A DNA stretch of 45,669 nt from Actinomycetota bacterium (GCA_005805375.1 SYMT01000400.1:1-45669), one strand, 5' to 3'. Shown: positions 17,102-26,916, counted from the stretch's first letter. Notes: a model not told the origin generated them from the sequence alone. Made by a program: numbers and translations.

Positions 17102-18004
17102 ATGTCTGACCCCGGAAGACCGGCCAGTGTTGCGGGCGTTCTATCGAACGACAGGGAGCAGGACCGGCGCATTCGGTTGGCGCTGGCCGCCGACCTCTTT
17201 GAACGCGGGGCCCTCGATCTGACCGACGCCGCCCAGTTGGCGGGCATGGACCGCGCGGCGTTTCACAGCGCAGTGGCGGACCGGCATCGCTCCTCATCTA
17301 CCACCGGCGCCGGCCCGTTCCTGTCGGTCGTCATCCCGGTGTACAACGAGGTCCGGACTCTCATCCCGCTGCTTGAGGCAGTGCGTGCCGTCCCGATCCA
17401 CAAGGAAATTCTCGTCGTGGACGACGGGTCCACCGACGGGACCCGCGATCTGCTTCGCGAACAGGTCGCGGGCCTCATGCCGGAAGTCCGTGTGTTCTAT
17501 CAGCCCGAAAATCGGGGAAAAGGTGCGGCGCTGCGCCGGGGGTTTGCTGAGGCGGCCGGAGAGGTCGTGCTTGTGCAGGATGCGGATCTCGAATATGATC
17601 CCCGGGAGTATCCCCACCTGCTGCGCCCGATCCTCGACGGGAGGGCGGACGTGGTCTACGGTTCCCGCTTCCAGGGGGGCCCGCACCGGGTGCTCTATTA
17701 CTGGCATGCCGTGGGCAACGGGCTGCTGACGGCACTCTCCAACATGACTACCGACCTGAACCTCACGGACATGGAGACGTGCTACAAAGTCTTCCGGCGG
17801 GAGGTCATCCAGGGGCTGCCGCTCCGTCAAGATCGCTTCGGCTTCGAGCCGGAGGTGACCGCGAAGGTGGCCCGGCGCGGCTGGCGGGTGTATGAAATCC
17901 CCATCAGCTATGCCGGGCGCAGCTACGCCGAGGGCAAGAAGATCTCCTGGAAGGACGGTCTGCAGGCCATCTGGTGCATCCTCCGCTACGCGCGCTGCGA
18001 TTGA
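17102..18004 (+). CDS. Family 2 glycosyltransferase with an N-terminal UPF0175-like HTH extension
   Basis: The GT2 core shows [20 protein letters not shown] and [13 protein letters not shown]-terminal aa 20-60, [36 protein letters not shown], resembles UPF0175. Confidence 0.85.
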   Translation: MSDPGRPASVAGVLSNDREQDRRIRLALAADLFERGALDLTDAAQLAGMDRAAFHSAVADRHRSSSTTGAGPFLSVVIPVYNEVRTLIPLLEAVRAVPIHKEILVVDDGSTDGTRDLLREQVAGLMPEVRVFYQPENRGKGAALRRGFAEAAGEVVLVQDADLEYDPREYPHLLRPILDGRADVVYGSRFQGGPHRVLYYWHAVGNGLLTALSNMTTDLNLTDMETCYKVFRREVIQGLPLRQDRFGFEPEVTAKVARRGWRVYEIPISYAGRSYAEGKKISWKDGLQAIWCILRYARCD

Positions 18005-18008
18005 ACGG

Positions 18009-18914
18009 TTAGTCCCGCGGGTGCACGATCAGCAGCGAACAGGTTGCCCCATTCAGCAGGCGGTCCGCCACGCTGCCGACGAACAGTCCCGCCAGCGGCG
18101 ACACTCCACGGGCGCCCACGATGATGAGATCGGCATGGAGTTCTTCTGCCAGTGCCAGGATTTCGCCGGCCGGATCGCCCGTGCGCACTGCAGTATCAAC
18201 GACCTTTCCGGCTTCCACCAGTTCCAGACGCGCTGCCACCACCAGACGGTCGGCCGCCCCCTGGCGATGCGCCCGCACTTTCTCTGTGTGCGCCTCAAAC
18301 GCTTCCCGATCCGTCGGTAGGATTCCGGGAAATGGGTCGTACGGTTTGGTGACATGGACAATCGTGAGAGTACAATCCTCCGGAAGCGGCAGCGCCCCCG
18401 CAAACTGTAGTGCGTCGCGGGAGTTCTCCGAGCCATCGGTCGCCAGGACCGCACGCTTGATGCCCGCACCCGGTGCGCGGGCAATGAGCACGGGACGGCC
18501 GGCGTGCTTGGCGACGTTGCGTGCAACGCTCCCCAGCAGGAAACGGTCCAGCCCGGTGAGGCCACGCGATCCCAGCACCAAGAGGTCCGCCGCCCAATCT
18601 CGAGCTTCCGCCAGGATTTCACCGGTCGGGTCACCGTCTCGCACGGTAGAAGATGTGTCCACACCGTCCCGCGCCAGCCGCGCGGCGCCTGCCGAAGCGG
18701 ACTCCGCTGCGTACGTGCGCTCTCGCTCCTGAATCTCGGCGAACCGATCCATCAGCACGACCCCGCCCTCCGGGTACGGAGCGAGCATGGGTCCTGGGCC
18801 GGGAACAACCGACACTACCCGTACTGCACTTCCCGGAGGCAGGGGCAAAGCCTGCACAAATGTGAACGCGTGGCCTGCGTCATCCGAGCCATCGGTTGCA
18901 AAAAGGATTCTCAC
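18009..18914 (-). CDS. Universal stress protein, tandem UspA domains
   Basis: The start is GTG 18914, preceded by GAGGAAGGGA. Two repeats are present (VRILFATDGSDD..., IKRAVLATDGSENS...), each ending with a GSRG...LGSV-type ATP-binding motif. The long ORF extension to 19355 is rejected. Confidence 0.85.
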   Translation of the reverse strand: MRILFATDGSDDAGHAFTFVQALPLPPGSAVRVVSVVPGPGPMLAPYPEGGVVLMDRFAEIQERERTYAAESASAGAARLARDGVDTSSTVRDGDPTGEILAEARDWAADLLVLGSRGLTGLDRFLLGSVARNVAKHAGRPVLIARAPGAGIKRAVLATDGSENSRDALQFAGALPLPEDCTLTIVHVTKPYDPFPGILPTDREAFEAHTEKVRAHRQGAADRLVVAARLELVEAGKVVDTAVRTGDPAGEILALAEELHADLIIVGARGVSPLAGLFVGSVADRLLNGATCSLLIVHPRD

Positions 18915-19005
18915 CGTGTTTCCCTTCCTCTGGGCGCGGAGCCTATTGCCTCGTCCATACTGAGTCCTTGACGAGAGCCCTCTTTCAGGATACCCTGCCG
19001 CTGCC

Positions 19006-20454
19006 ATGCATCGCCGCGTACATCCATTCTTTAGCGCCTGGGCCGCCCTTTTTCCTGCCGCCATCATTGCCGGAGGAGTTGTGTGGGCCCGCGGTTCCTG
19101 GCCGCACCCGGCAGGGGCTTCGCATCCGGGTGCTCTCCCGACGGAGGGCCAGCTATCGCATCCCATCGGTACCGCTCCACCGCGCCGCGGGATCGCTCCG
19201 GTGTGGCAGCAGCCAGAGGGAAGTGCGTTCACGCCTTCTGCCCGGCCGCACGCTGCAGCGCTCGCCGTGGCGTACCAGGGCGGTATGTCCTCTCCGGCGG
19301 GACTGCTGCGCATCGGGCTCACCCGGCTCAGTGGGCGCTCCGCGGTGTCGGTCAAACTGGGCGCCGCCGGAGTGTTGGCGGACGCGGCGACCGGAGAGCG
19401 GGTGCGGACCCTCGCACCCGGTGAATCGCTGCGTCTTGCCGTGGACTACAACACCGGCGAAGTGGTGGTGCGCGGCGCCGGCTATTCCGTACGGCGACAG
19501 ACGGTGTCTCTGCGTGGCGGCGTGCTGCAGGTTGAGGGGCGACGCTATCCCGACACGCTACTGTGCCGGGTCGCGGGCGCCGGGCTGCAACTGGTCAACC
19601 AGGTGGACGTCGAACGTTATCTGGAGGGAGTGCTTCCGGGGGAACTTCCCGCCTGGTTCGGCCTGGAGGCGCAGAAGGCGCTGGCGGTGTGCGCCCGTTC
19701 GTACGCACTTGTGCAGCGCGGCAAGCACGGGGACTTCGACCTCTGTGACCGCCCGCACTGCCAGATGTACGTCGGGTTGGGGCCGGGGGGAGCGCGGGCT
19801 CTTGCCGCCGTGCAGGCTACGCGCGGGCTGGCCCTGTGGTCCGGTGAGGAGCTGGTTTATGCATTCTATTCGGCCGATTGTGGTGGAGTGTCCACGGGCC
19901 TCGAGGAAGTGCCGCTGACGGATAAACCTCCGGGAACAAAGCCGTACCTCCGGGTAGTGCGCGATCGGAATCCGGCAGGGAAGGACTACTGCGCCGGCAG
20001 CCCATATCACTACTGGCGGGTGAGTCTCACCCGCCAGGCGCTGCAAAACCGCCTCAACAAGGATCCCGAAACGAGGATCGGACAACTCCAATCCGTTGAG
20101 GTGCGGCGGGTGGACGCCTCGGGGCGGGTAGCGGATGTGGTACTGCGCGGCCGGGTTGCGCAACGCGATCCCTCCACCGGCGCTAGCAGCTTGATTCCTG
20201 TCGAAAAGCAGACGACCGGGTGGGCACTGCGGCGTGCGGTCGGCTCCCTGCGTCTGAAGTCCACGCGAATGCGCATTGAGGCCGTGGGCAGCGCAGGATA
20301 TCGCTTCATCGGCAGCGGCTTCGGGCACGGGCTGGGGCTCTGTCAGATCGGGGCCGACGGGCGAGCGAAGGCAGGCCAGAGTTTTCAGCAGATTCTGGCG
20401 GTTTATTACCCGAATGCCCGTGTCGCCCCTCTTTCCGTGGCGTCGCAGCCCTGA
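19006..20454 (+). CDS. SpoIID/LytB domain-containing protein
   Basis: Motifs: YLEGVLPGELP, ALAVCARSYAL, DLCDRPHCQMYVG, YSADCGGVS and GFGHGLGLCQIGA. It has an N-terminal hydrophobic anchor. Confidence 0.88.
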   Translation: MHRRVHPFFSAWAALFPAAIIAGGVVWARGSWPHPAGASHPGALPTEGQLSHPIGTAPPRRGIAPVWQQPEGSAFTPSARPHAAALAVAYQGGMSSPAGLLRIGLTRLSGRSAVSVKLGAAGVLADAATGERVRTLAPGESLRLAVDYNTGEVVVRGAGYSVRRQTVSLRGGVLQVEGRRYPDTLLCRVAGAGLQLVNQVDVERYLEGVLPGELPAWFGLEAQKALAVCARSYALVQRGKHGDFDLCDRPHCQMYVGLGPGGARALAAVQATRGLALWSGEELVYAFYSADCGGVSTGLEEVPLTDKPPGTKPYLRVVRDRNPAGKDYCAGSPYHYWRVSLTRQALQNRLNKDPETRIGQLQSVEVRRVDASGRVADVVLRGRVAQRDPSTGASSLIPVEKQTTGWALRRAVGSLRLKSTRMRIEAVGSAGYRFIGSGFGHGLGLCQIGADGRAKAGQSFQQILAVYYPNARVAPLSVASQP

Positions 20455-20481
20455 GCTCGATACCGGCCCCGGACAGCACAC

Positions 20482-22344
20482 GTGCAGCTCAAACATCTCG
20501 TACTCCACGGCTTCAAGACCTTCGCGGACCGGACCGAACTGCAGTTTCCGGCCGGGCTGACCTGCATTGTGGGGCCAAACGGTTCCGGCAAAAGCAACAT
20601 CTCAGATGCCATCCAGTGGGTGCTGGGTGAGAACAATGTCCGCGATTTGCGCGGCGCCACCGCACAGGACGTGATTTTCTCCGGAAACGATCGCCGCCGG
20701 CCACTCGGCATGGCCGAAGTTTCCCTGACCTTCGACAACAGCACCCGCATCCTCCCGCTCGACTTCAGCGAGATCACGGTGACCCGCCGCCTCTACCGTT
20801 CCGGGGAAAGCGAGTGCTTCATCAACCGGGTGAGCTGCCGGCTCCGCGATCTTTACGAACTCTTTCTGGACACTGGAATCGGACGTGACGCCTACGCGAT
20901 GGTCAGCCAGGGGGAGATTGACCGGCTGCTGAGTGCCCGCGCCGAGGATCGCCGCGCCGTGTTCGAAGAAGCAGCCGGCGTCAAGAAGTATCACGTCCGG
21001 AAACGCGAGGCGCTGCGCAAGCTGGAGACCACTGAACAGAACCTGCTGCGGGTTCGTGATGTGATCGGCGAAATCGAAACCCAGTTGGGCCCACTACAGC
21101 GGCAGGCGGCGGCAGCCCGGCGCTGGCGGGACCTCATCACGCGACTCGCCTGTCTGGAAGATGCCTGGTTCGGGACCCGCCTGTGTGCGCTCGAGGCGGA
21201 GCAGGCAGCTCTGGAACAAGAGGTGACCGCCTGTCGCCACAGCGAATCAGACGTGGAGAGTGAACTCAATGCAGCACGTGCCGCGGAGCAGCGACTGCAG
21301 CCGGTCCTGCAAGAGCTGAGTGTTGCCCTTGACACCGCCCGTGCCGCGGAACTGGACACGCTCCAGCGGGAAGCGGGAGCTCGGGAAGAACTGGCCCGGT
21401 TGGAATCCCGGCTGGCAGAGGACCGCCGGCGCCTGGAGAATGCCGGACAGAGCTTGCGCGAATTGGTCTGGCGGGCTGAAGAACAGACACGCCGCGCGAC
21501 GGATGCCGCCCGTGTCGAACAGCAGCTTGTCGAAGAAACCGGCACGCTGCGGGCCTCCCTGGCACTCGCGGAACGAAGCGCACGGGAAACCCGGGAGGCG
21601 CATGAAACAGCCTCCGGTCGGCTGGAACAGATTCGGCAGGCCTGGCTGGCCGGTATGCGGCGCCAGGCCGAGGCGACAGCGCGTGTGCAGAGCCTGGAAA
21701 CGCGAGTGCAATCGCTCCACGCCCAGCGGGCCCGCGGCGCCGAGGCGCTGCACGATGCCGCAGAGGAGCAAACCCGCTGGGAAACCGAACGGGAGAGTTT
21801 CCGCACCGCCGGCACGTCTACCGGCGCACGCCTGCAGGAGACCCGCGAGGCAGCCCGCACCGCTCACACAGCAGCCCACGCGGCGGAGGCGGCTGAATCC
21901 GAAGCGCGAAAGACTCTGAACCGGGCGGAGGCAGAGCGAAACGCCCGGGCTGCCCGCCTGCAGGCCCTCCGCGAGTTACAGGAACGGGGGGAGGACCTTG
22001 CGGCAGGCGCGCGGACCTTGCTGCAGGCGGCCCGGCGCGGTCAGGCGCCGGGCCGGTGGGATCGCTTCGCGGCACTACTTTCGGCCCCTGCCGGCTGGGA
22101 GCGCGCCGTGGAATCTGCTCTGGGTCCCTATGGCGATGCACTGCTCTGCGACAGCCCCGAGGCTGCCCGGGCCGGTCTGGCCTGGCTGCGCAGCCGCAAG
22201 CTCTCCGCACTGGTCCTGCCCGACCTACCGCTGGTGAACGTCGAATGCCCCCCCGTACCCGAGCCACGCGCGTCAGCAAGTGGCGCCGGAGGCGACTGGC
22301 GAACGGCGAACGGCGAACTGCGGGCGGGGAATGGCGAATGGTGA
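20482..22344 (+). CDS. smc: Chromosome segregation protein SMC, N-terminal fragment (head, coiled coil, first half of hinge)
   Basis: GTG start. MQLKHLVLHGFKTFADRTELQFPAGLTCIVGPNGSGKSNISDAI contains Walker A. A long coiled coil follows, then the first half of the hinge (...WERAVESALGPYGDALLC...). The fragment terminates at TGA 22342-22344 inside a 7-bp repeat array. Confidence 0.9.
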   Translation: MQLKHLVLHGFKTFADRTELQFPAGLTCIVGPNGSGKSNISDAIQWVLGENNVRDLRGATAQDVIFSGNDRRRPLGMAEVSLTFDNSTRILPLDFSEITVTRRLYRSGESECFINRVSCRLRDLYELFLDTGIGRDAYAMVSQGEIDRLLSARAEDRRAVFEEAAGVKKYHVRKREALRKLETTEQNLLRVRDVIGEIETQLGPLQRQAAAARRWRDLITRLACLEDAWFGTRLCALEAEQAALEQEVTACRHSESDVESELNAARAAEQRLQPVLQELSVALDTARAAELDTLQREAGAREELARLESRLAEDRRRLENAGQSLRELVWRAEEQTRRATDAARVEQQLVEETGTLRASLALAERSARETREAHETASGRLEQIRQAWLAGMRRQAEATARVQSLETRVQSLHAQRARGAEALHDAAEEQTRWETERESFRTAGTSTGARLQETREAARTAHTAAHAAEAAESEARKTLNRAEAERNARAARLQALRELQERGEDLAAGARTLLQAARRGQAPGRWDRFAALLSAPAGWERAVESALGPYGDALLCDSPEAARAGLAWLRSRKLSALVLPDLPLVNVECPPVPEPRASASGAGGDWRTANGELRAGNGEW

Positions 22345-22356
22345 ATGGCGAATGGC
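22291..22356 (+). repeat. Two adjacent heptanucleotide tandem arrays: (GGCGAAC)x3-4 and (GAATGGY)x4
   Basis: GGCGACT/GGCGAAC/GGCGAAC/GGCGAAC occupies 22291-22318. GAATGGC/GAATGGT/GAATGGC/GAATGGC occupies 22329-22356. The unit length is not a multiple of 3. Confidence 0.9.
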
Positions 22357-24419
22357 GGCCGGGGCCCGGCGAACAGCCGGCAACGCCGCGGCCGACAGAC
22401 CGGAGCCACCCGAGTCCACAAGCGGTCCCGGCGCCGCATGACTCACCGGGCGTGGCAGGCGCCGAACACGACTGCGCCGACAGGTCCGCCCGCGATATTC
22501 GCATCTCCCAGGCAGCGGCATGGGCCGAAGCGCTACTGGTGACTACCCTGCTTGTGCCGGAACTTCCCGACCTACCGGACCCCGCCCGGCCCGATGTAGA
22601 GTTGTGGGTCGCGCAGGACGGGAGCTGGCTGACTCGGCAGGGCGCACGGAGCGGCGGTCCGGCGGGGGCAGAAGGCTCCGCAGCGATTCTGCTCGCGCGG
22701 CAGCGGGAAGTCGAGCAACTCGTGGCGATGCTCCCTCCCCTGGAGACTGCCATCACGACAGCACGGCAGGCGCTCGGGGAGGCGGAACAGGCGTCGAAGG
22801 TGGCGCGCACCGCACTCGCCGCCCGTCAGGGAGAGGAAGAACGCCTGCGTCTGGAGCAGCAGGCCGCACTGCGCGACGTGGATCGGCGGCATCAGGAAGC
22901 GACACGCGCCCAGCATCGCGTGGAGCGCCTGCGCGCCGATCTGGCGCGGTTGGAGCAGGAGATCAGTGCGGCCGAAGCCTCGCTCGCAGCCGCGCGGCGT
23001 GACGCTCCGACCGCGCCGGCGCGGACTGCTGCCAACGAAGCGCCGGCCCCCAGCGCCGAACTCGTTGCGGCGCAGGATACTGCCCGGCGCAGTGAGACCG
23101 AACGCCGGCAGGCGGATCAGGTCGTTACCGATTTGCGCGTGCGTCTCGCAGGACAGGAACAGCGCACCCGCGAAGCCGGCGCAGCGGCACGACGATTGGC
23201 GGACGGACTCGAACGCCTGAACCGGGAGCAAACAGAGGGGATTCACGCCGAGGCGGCGCTGCGAGACGCGGTCACGCGCTCCCGGGCGGCGCTGGAACCG
23301 CTGGGAGAGCGCCTGACTGCGGCCCGAGCCTCTCTGGTAGTCACGCGCGACACGCTTTCCCGTCTCCAGAAGTCCCGGGCAGAGCGCCAGGAAGAGCTGG
23401 AACAGATCCGGGCCCGCACCGCGGCACTCACGACGCGTCTCCGCGCGCTGCTGGACACACTCCGCCGCGTGGAGGTACGACTTGCCGAAGTGTCTGGCCG
23501 GCGCACGGGACTCGCAAGTCAGTGGTTGGAAACCGCTGCCTCCCGGCCGACGGCGGCGGAGCTTGCCGGCGCGGGAGGGTCTGCCGCCGCGGGACCTGGC
23601 GGGGGCGCTTCTGCCGCTCCCACAGATTTGTCAGCACCGGGTGATGGCCCTGTGCCGGAGCCGCCTGACCTCCTCGGCTTGCTGCGTGCAGATTGGGACC
23701 GGGAGGCGGCCGCCCGCGTGCTGGCGGAACACGGAGCGCCGGAAGAAGAACTCGGGCGCCTCCGCCGGCAACTCCGCGCGTTGGGCGCGGTGAATCCGGA
23801 AGCGGACGCTCAGCTCGCCACGGCGCGCGAGCGCTTCGAATTCCTGTCCACGCAGCAGAAAGATCTGGAAACGGCGCGTGAGCAATTGCTGGGCGTGGTC
23901 GGAGACCTCGACGCCGCCAGCCGGGACACCTTCCTGAAGGCGTTTCGCGAGATTGCCGTTGCCTTCGAGGAGATGTTTCAGAAACTCTTCGGCGGCGGTG
24001 CGGCCGAACTTCGGCTCACCGATCCAGAGGATGTGCTCCAAACCGGTGTGGACGTATTCGTACAACTTCCGGGCAAGAAGCCGCAGAACCTGATGCTGCT
24101 CTCCGGGGGTGAGCGGGCGCTGACCGCCACTGCCATGCTGTTTGCACTGTTGAAGGTGCGGCCCAGTCCGTTCTGCGTGCTCGACGAGGTAGATGCACCG
24201 CTCGACGAAAGCAACGTGCACCGGTTCGCCGCAGTGCTACGGGAGTTTCTCGCGCAAACTCAGTTTCTAATAGTGACTCACAACCGCGGCACGATGGAGC
24301 GCGCTGACGTGCTCTACGGAGTGACCATGCAGGAGCAGGGAGTGAGCAAGGTGCTCTCCTGCACGCTGTCGGATCCGGTGGTTGCCCAGGTGAAAGCCGA
24401 ACAAGACGCCGCAGCCTGA
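22338..24419 (+). CDS. smc: Chromosome segregation protein SMC, C-terminal fragment (second half of hinge, coiled coil, head)
   Basis: This fragment is in a different frame from the N-terminal fragment. The second half of the hinge reads ARDIRISQAAAWAEALLVTTLLVPEL...VAQDGSWLTRQGARSGG. A coiled coil follows, then the signature LSGGERALTA and Walker B FCVLDEVDAPLD. The first in-frame ATG is 22338, overlapping the upstream stop as ATGGTGA. Confidence 0.88.
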   Translation: MVNGEWRPGPGEQPATPRPTDRSHPSPQAVPAPHDSPGVAGAEHDCADRSARDIRISQAAAWAEALLVTTLLVPELPDLPDPARPDVELWVAQDGSWLTRQGARSGGPAGAEGSAAILLARQREVEQLVAMLPPLETAITTARQALGEAEQASKVARTALAARQGEEERLRLEQQAALRDVDRRHQEATRAQHRVERLRADLARLEQEISAAEASLAAARRDAPTAPARTAANEAPAPSAELVAAQDTARRSETERRQADQVVTDLRVRLAGQEQRTREAGAAARRLADGLERLNREQTEGIHAEAALRDAVTRSRAALEPLGERLTAARASLVVTRDTLSRLQKSRAERQEELEQIRARTAALTTRLRALLDTLRRVEVRLAEVSGRRTGLASQWLETAASRPTAAELAGAGGSAAAGPGGGASAAPTDLSAPGDGPVPEPPDLLGLLRADWDREAAARVLAEHGAPEEELGRLRRQLRALGAVNPEADAQLATARERFEFLSTQQKDLETAREQLLGVVGDLDAASRDTFLKAFREIAVAFEEMFQKLFGGGAAELRLTDPEDVLQTGVDVFVQLPGKKPQNLMLLSGGERALTATAMLFALLKVRPSPFCVLDEVDAPLDESNVHRFAAVLREFLAQTQFLIVTHNRGTMERADVLYGVTMQEQGVSKVLSCTLSDPVVAQVKAEQDAAA

Positions 24420-24422
24420 ACC

Positions 24423-25520
24423 ATGTCGAATGCCTGGATTGAGATTGACCGGGGCGCCTACCAGCGAAATCTGACGGCTCTGGCCCGGTGGACCGCTTGC
24501 CCGGTGCTGGCCGTAGTCAAAGCCAACGCGTATGGGCACGGCGCCCCCATTCTCGCCGCCGCTGCGCTGGAGACGGAATGCCCCGGCGTGGCGGTGGCCC
24601 GCGTAGACGAAGGGGTCGCCCTGCGCGCCGCCGGGATCGCCGGCCGTATCGTGATCCTGGGGCTTTCACTGCCGGATGAGGCGGAAACCATTTGCGACCA
24701 ACGACTCGAACCGGTGGTCGCGGACCCCGCATTGGTTGCCGCCCTGGCGCGGGCCGGGGAACGGGCCGGTAGCCCGGTGCCGGTTCATGTCAAGGTTGAT
24801 ACGGGGATGACCCGCGCAGGGCTCGATCCCACCGCTGCCCTTACCCTCTGCCGGGAGATCCGCGCCGGCGCCGGGTTGCGTCTCGCCGGAGTGCTCACGC
24901 ACTTCGCCGCGGCAGAGGCCGAGGACGGGACAACCATGCGGGCCCAATGGCGCCGGTTTGAGGGCGTGCGGGTAGAACTGGCGCAGTGGACCCCGCGTCC
25001 GCTGCTGCACGCCGCGAACAGCGCTGCCGCCCTCTGGTTTCCCCCGGCGTGCCTGGACTGGGTACGAGGTGGGCTGCTGACCTACGGTGTGGCTCCCGCC
25101 GACCGCCCCCTTCCCTTTTCCGTGGAGCCCGTAGCCGCAGTGAAGGCGCATCTGGTGCAGGTGCGGGACGTGCCTGCCGGCCGCGCGGTGAGCTACGGAG
25201 GCGCCTGGACGACGCCGCGCCGGTCGCGCCTGGCGCTGGCGCCGCTCGGCTATGGCGACGGCCTGCCCTGGAACCTGTCAAACCGGGGATGGGGCCTCGT
25301 GAAGGGATGCCGGGTCCCTATCCGCGGCAGAGTGTGTATGGATCAGGTAGTGCTGGATGTCACAGACTTGCCGCCGGTTCATCCCGGAGAGGAAGCTGTG
25401 TTCCTCGGTCGCCAGGGAGATGCCGCGATCACCGCCGCGGAACTCGCGACTCTGGCGGAAACGATCCCCTATGAGATATTGACCCGACTGGCCGAGCGCC
25501 TGCCGCGCCGGGTCGTGTAG
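24423..25520 (+). CDS. alr: Alanine racemase
   Basis: 365 aa. The PLP-lysine motif is AVVKANAYGHG, and the protein is racemase-like along its length. The ATG is 3 nt after the smc stop. Confidence 0.92.
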   Translation: MSNAWIEIDRGAYQRNLTALARWTACPVLAVVKANAYGHGAPILAAAALETECPGVAVARVDEGVALRAAGIAGRIVILGLSLPDEAETICDQRLEPVVADPALVAALARAGERAGSPVPVHVKVDTGMTRAGLDPTAALTLCREIRAGAGLRLAGVLTHFAAAEAEDGTTMRAQWRRFEGVRVELAQWTPRPLLHAANSAAALWFPPACLDWVRGGLLTYGVAPADRPLPFSVEPVAAVKAHLVQVRDVPAGRAVSYGGAWTTPRRSRLALAPLGYGDGLPWNLSNRGWGLVKGCRVPIRGRVCMDQVVLDVTDLPPVHPGEEAVFLGRQGDAAITAAELATLAETIPYEILTRLAERLPRRVV

Positions 25521-25690
25521 GGGGTGTGCGAGACAACCCGGCAGCGAAACAACCGCCTGCAAGTCGGGCGCATTTCTGGGACGGGCCGACCAATCGCCGT
25601 CTCCGGTCACGGATCGGTAGGAAACTGCATCGCGACAGAGGAACGATCTCCAGGATCATTCCCGCCGACTCGGGCGGAGCAACACGTATC

Positions 25691-26059
25691 ATGGCATCCT
25701 ACCCATCCCTGACCGAGAGACTGGACGAGTGCATCGCCCTCCACCGGCGGGGCGAATTGACCGAAAGCGATCTCCGTGGCCTGGCAGCGTGCCGTCCCGG
25801 AATGCAGGATCTCCTGTACCTGCAGGCGGGGAGCACCTCGCCTCTGGCGCAGATCAACGGCATCGCGCTGTTCGCCGCCGGGGTGCAGGCGCCCATGCCG
25901 CGGGACCCCTCGGAGTGGCCGTACCGCCGCGTCATGGACGCGCTGGCGGACGGATGGCGCATCGTCAGTTTCCCCAACCCCGCACTGCTCCTGGACGAAT
26001 CCCGGAACTACGGCCTCGGCTGCGAGTTCATCCTGGAGCGCTGGAGTGAGTGTCCGTGA
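25691..26059 (+). CDS. Small hypothetical protein (122 aa)
   Basis: ATG 25691 lies within ORF 25526-26059. The stop overlaps the next ATG as TGATG. I recognise no motif (MASYPSLTERLDECIALHRRGELTESDL...WPYRRVMDALADGWRIVSFP). Confidence 0.55.
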   Translation: MASYPSLTERLDECIALHRRGELTESDLRGLAACRPGMQDLLYLQAGSTSPLAQINGIALFAAGVQAPMPRDPSEWPYRRVMDALADGWRIVSFPNPALLLDESRNYGLGCEFILERWSECP

Positions 26060-26916
26060 TGCGCATCCACGACTGTGCCCCGAGTCTGACCGATACCCAG
26101 GTGCTGGATTTCTGCAAGGCGGGTTTCCTGATGCTGCCGGCGGTCGTGCCGGACGAGGTGAACCGCCGCGCGACCGAGTGGTGCAATGAGCGGAACACCA
26201 GTCACGAGCCGAGCGATCTGCTGGAAGAGCCCTGGTTCGTGGAGGGAGTGCTGCTGAACCCGGCGGCGGCAGGGGCTGTTCGCAGTCTGCTCGGCGCTCA
26301 CTTCGGACTGCCGCTCATCGTCAGCAACCACCGGGTGCAGCTTCCGGCTCCGGCCCAGGGGTGGCACCGGGACGGCGGATCCGTCTACGGCCCCGAGGTG
26401 AACTATCTCCAGGTCTTCTATTACCCGCAGGAGACCCCCGAGGCATCGGGACCGACCGAACTGCTGCCTGGATCACACTTCCTCTACTCGCATGGGCCCT
26501 GGATGGCGCACTACGATGCGATCCGGAACACGTACCTCTCCGCCGCGCCCGCCGGCTCCATTTTTCTCACGATGTACAACATCTGGCACCGGCGCTCCGC
26601 CTCCGCGCCGGACGCCGCCGGAGTGCGGAGCCTCCTGAAGTACAACTACTGGCGCCTCTCGGCGCCCGTGCGGGACTGGCTGCCCGCGCCGGGTTTCGAT
26701 CCGGAGACGGCGGATTACTCCAGCCCGTGGCATCCGACGTATCGGGAGCAGTTCCGGGAGTGCTTCGATGCCGCCGAGATGTTCTTCTGGCTGTGCGGCC
26801 GGCAGCACGAGTACCGCCGCGTCGGCGGTCAGGGTTGGCCGATGCCCGCCTACAGCTATGAGCGCTATGGCATCGGCGAGCGCCCCGCCCCCCCGCTCCT
26901 GAAGACTCCCGACTGA
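26059..26916 (+). CDS. Phytanoyl-CoA dioxygenase (PhyH) family Fe(II)/2OG oxygenase
   Basis: The HxD motif lies in QGWHRDGG, followed by TELLPGSH and the distal His in NIWHRRSAS. ATG 26059 overlaps the upstream stop. Confidence 0.75.
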   Translation: MRIHDCAPSLTDTQVLDFCKAGFLMLPAVVPDEVNRRATEWCNERNTSHEPSDLLEEPWFVEGVLLNPAAAGAVRSLLGAHFGLPLIVSNHRVQLPAPAQGWHRDGGSVYGPEVNYLQVFYYPQETPEASGPTELLPGSHFLYSHGPWMAHYDAIRNTYLSAAPAGSIFLTMYNIWHRRSASAPDAAGVRSLLKYNYWRLSAPVRDWLPAPGFDPETADYSSPWHPTYREQFRECFDAAEMFFWLCGRQHEYRRVGGQGWPMPAYSYERYGIGERPAPPLLKTPD

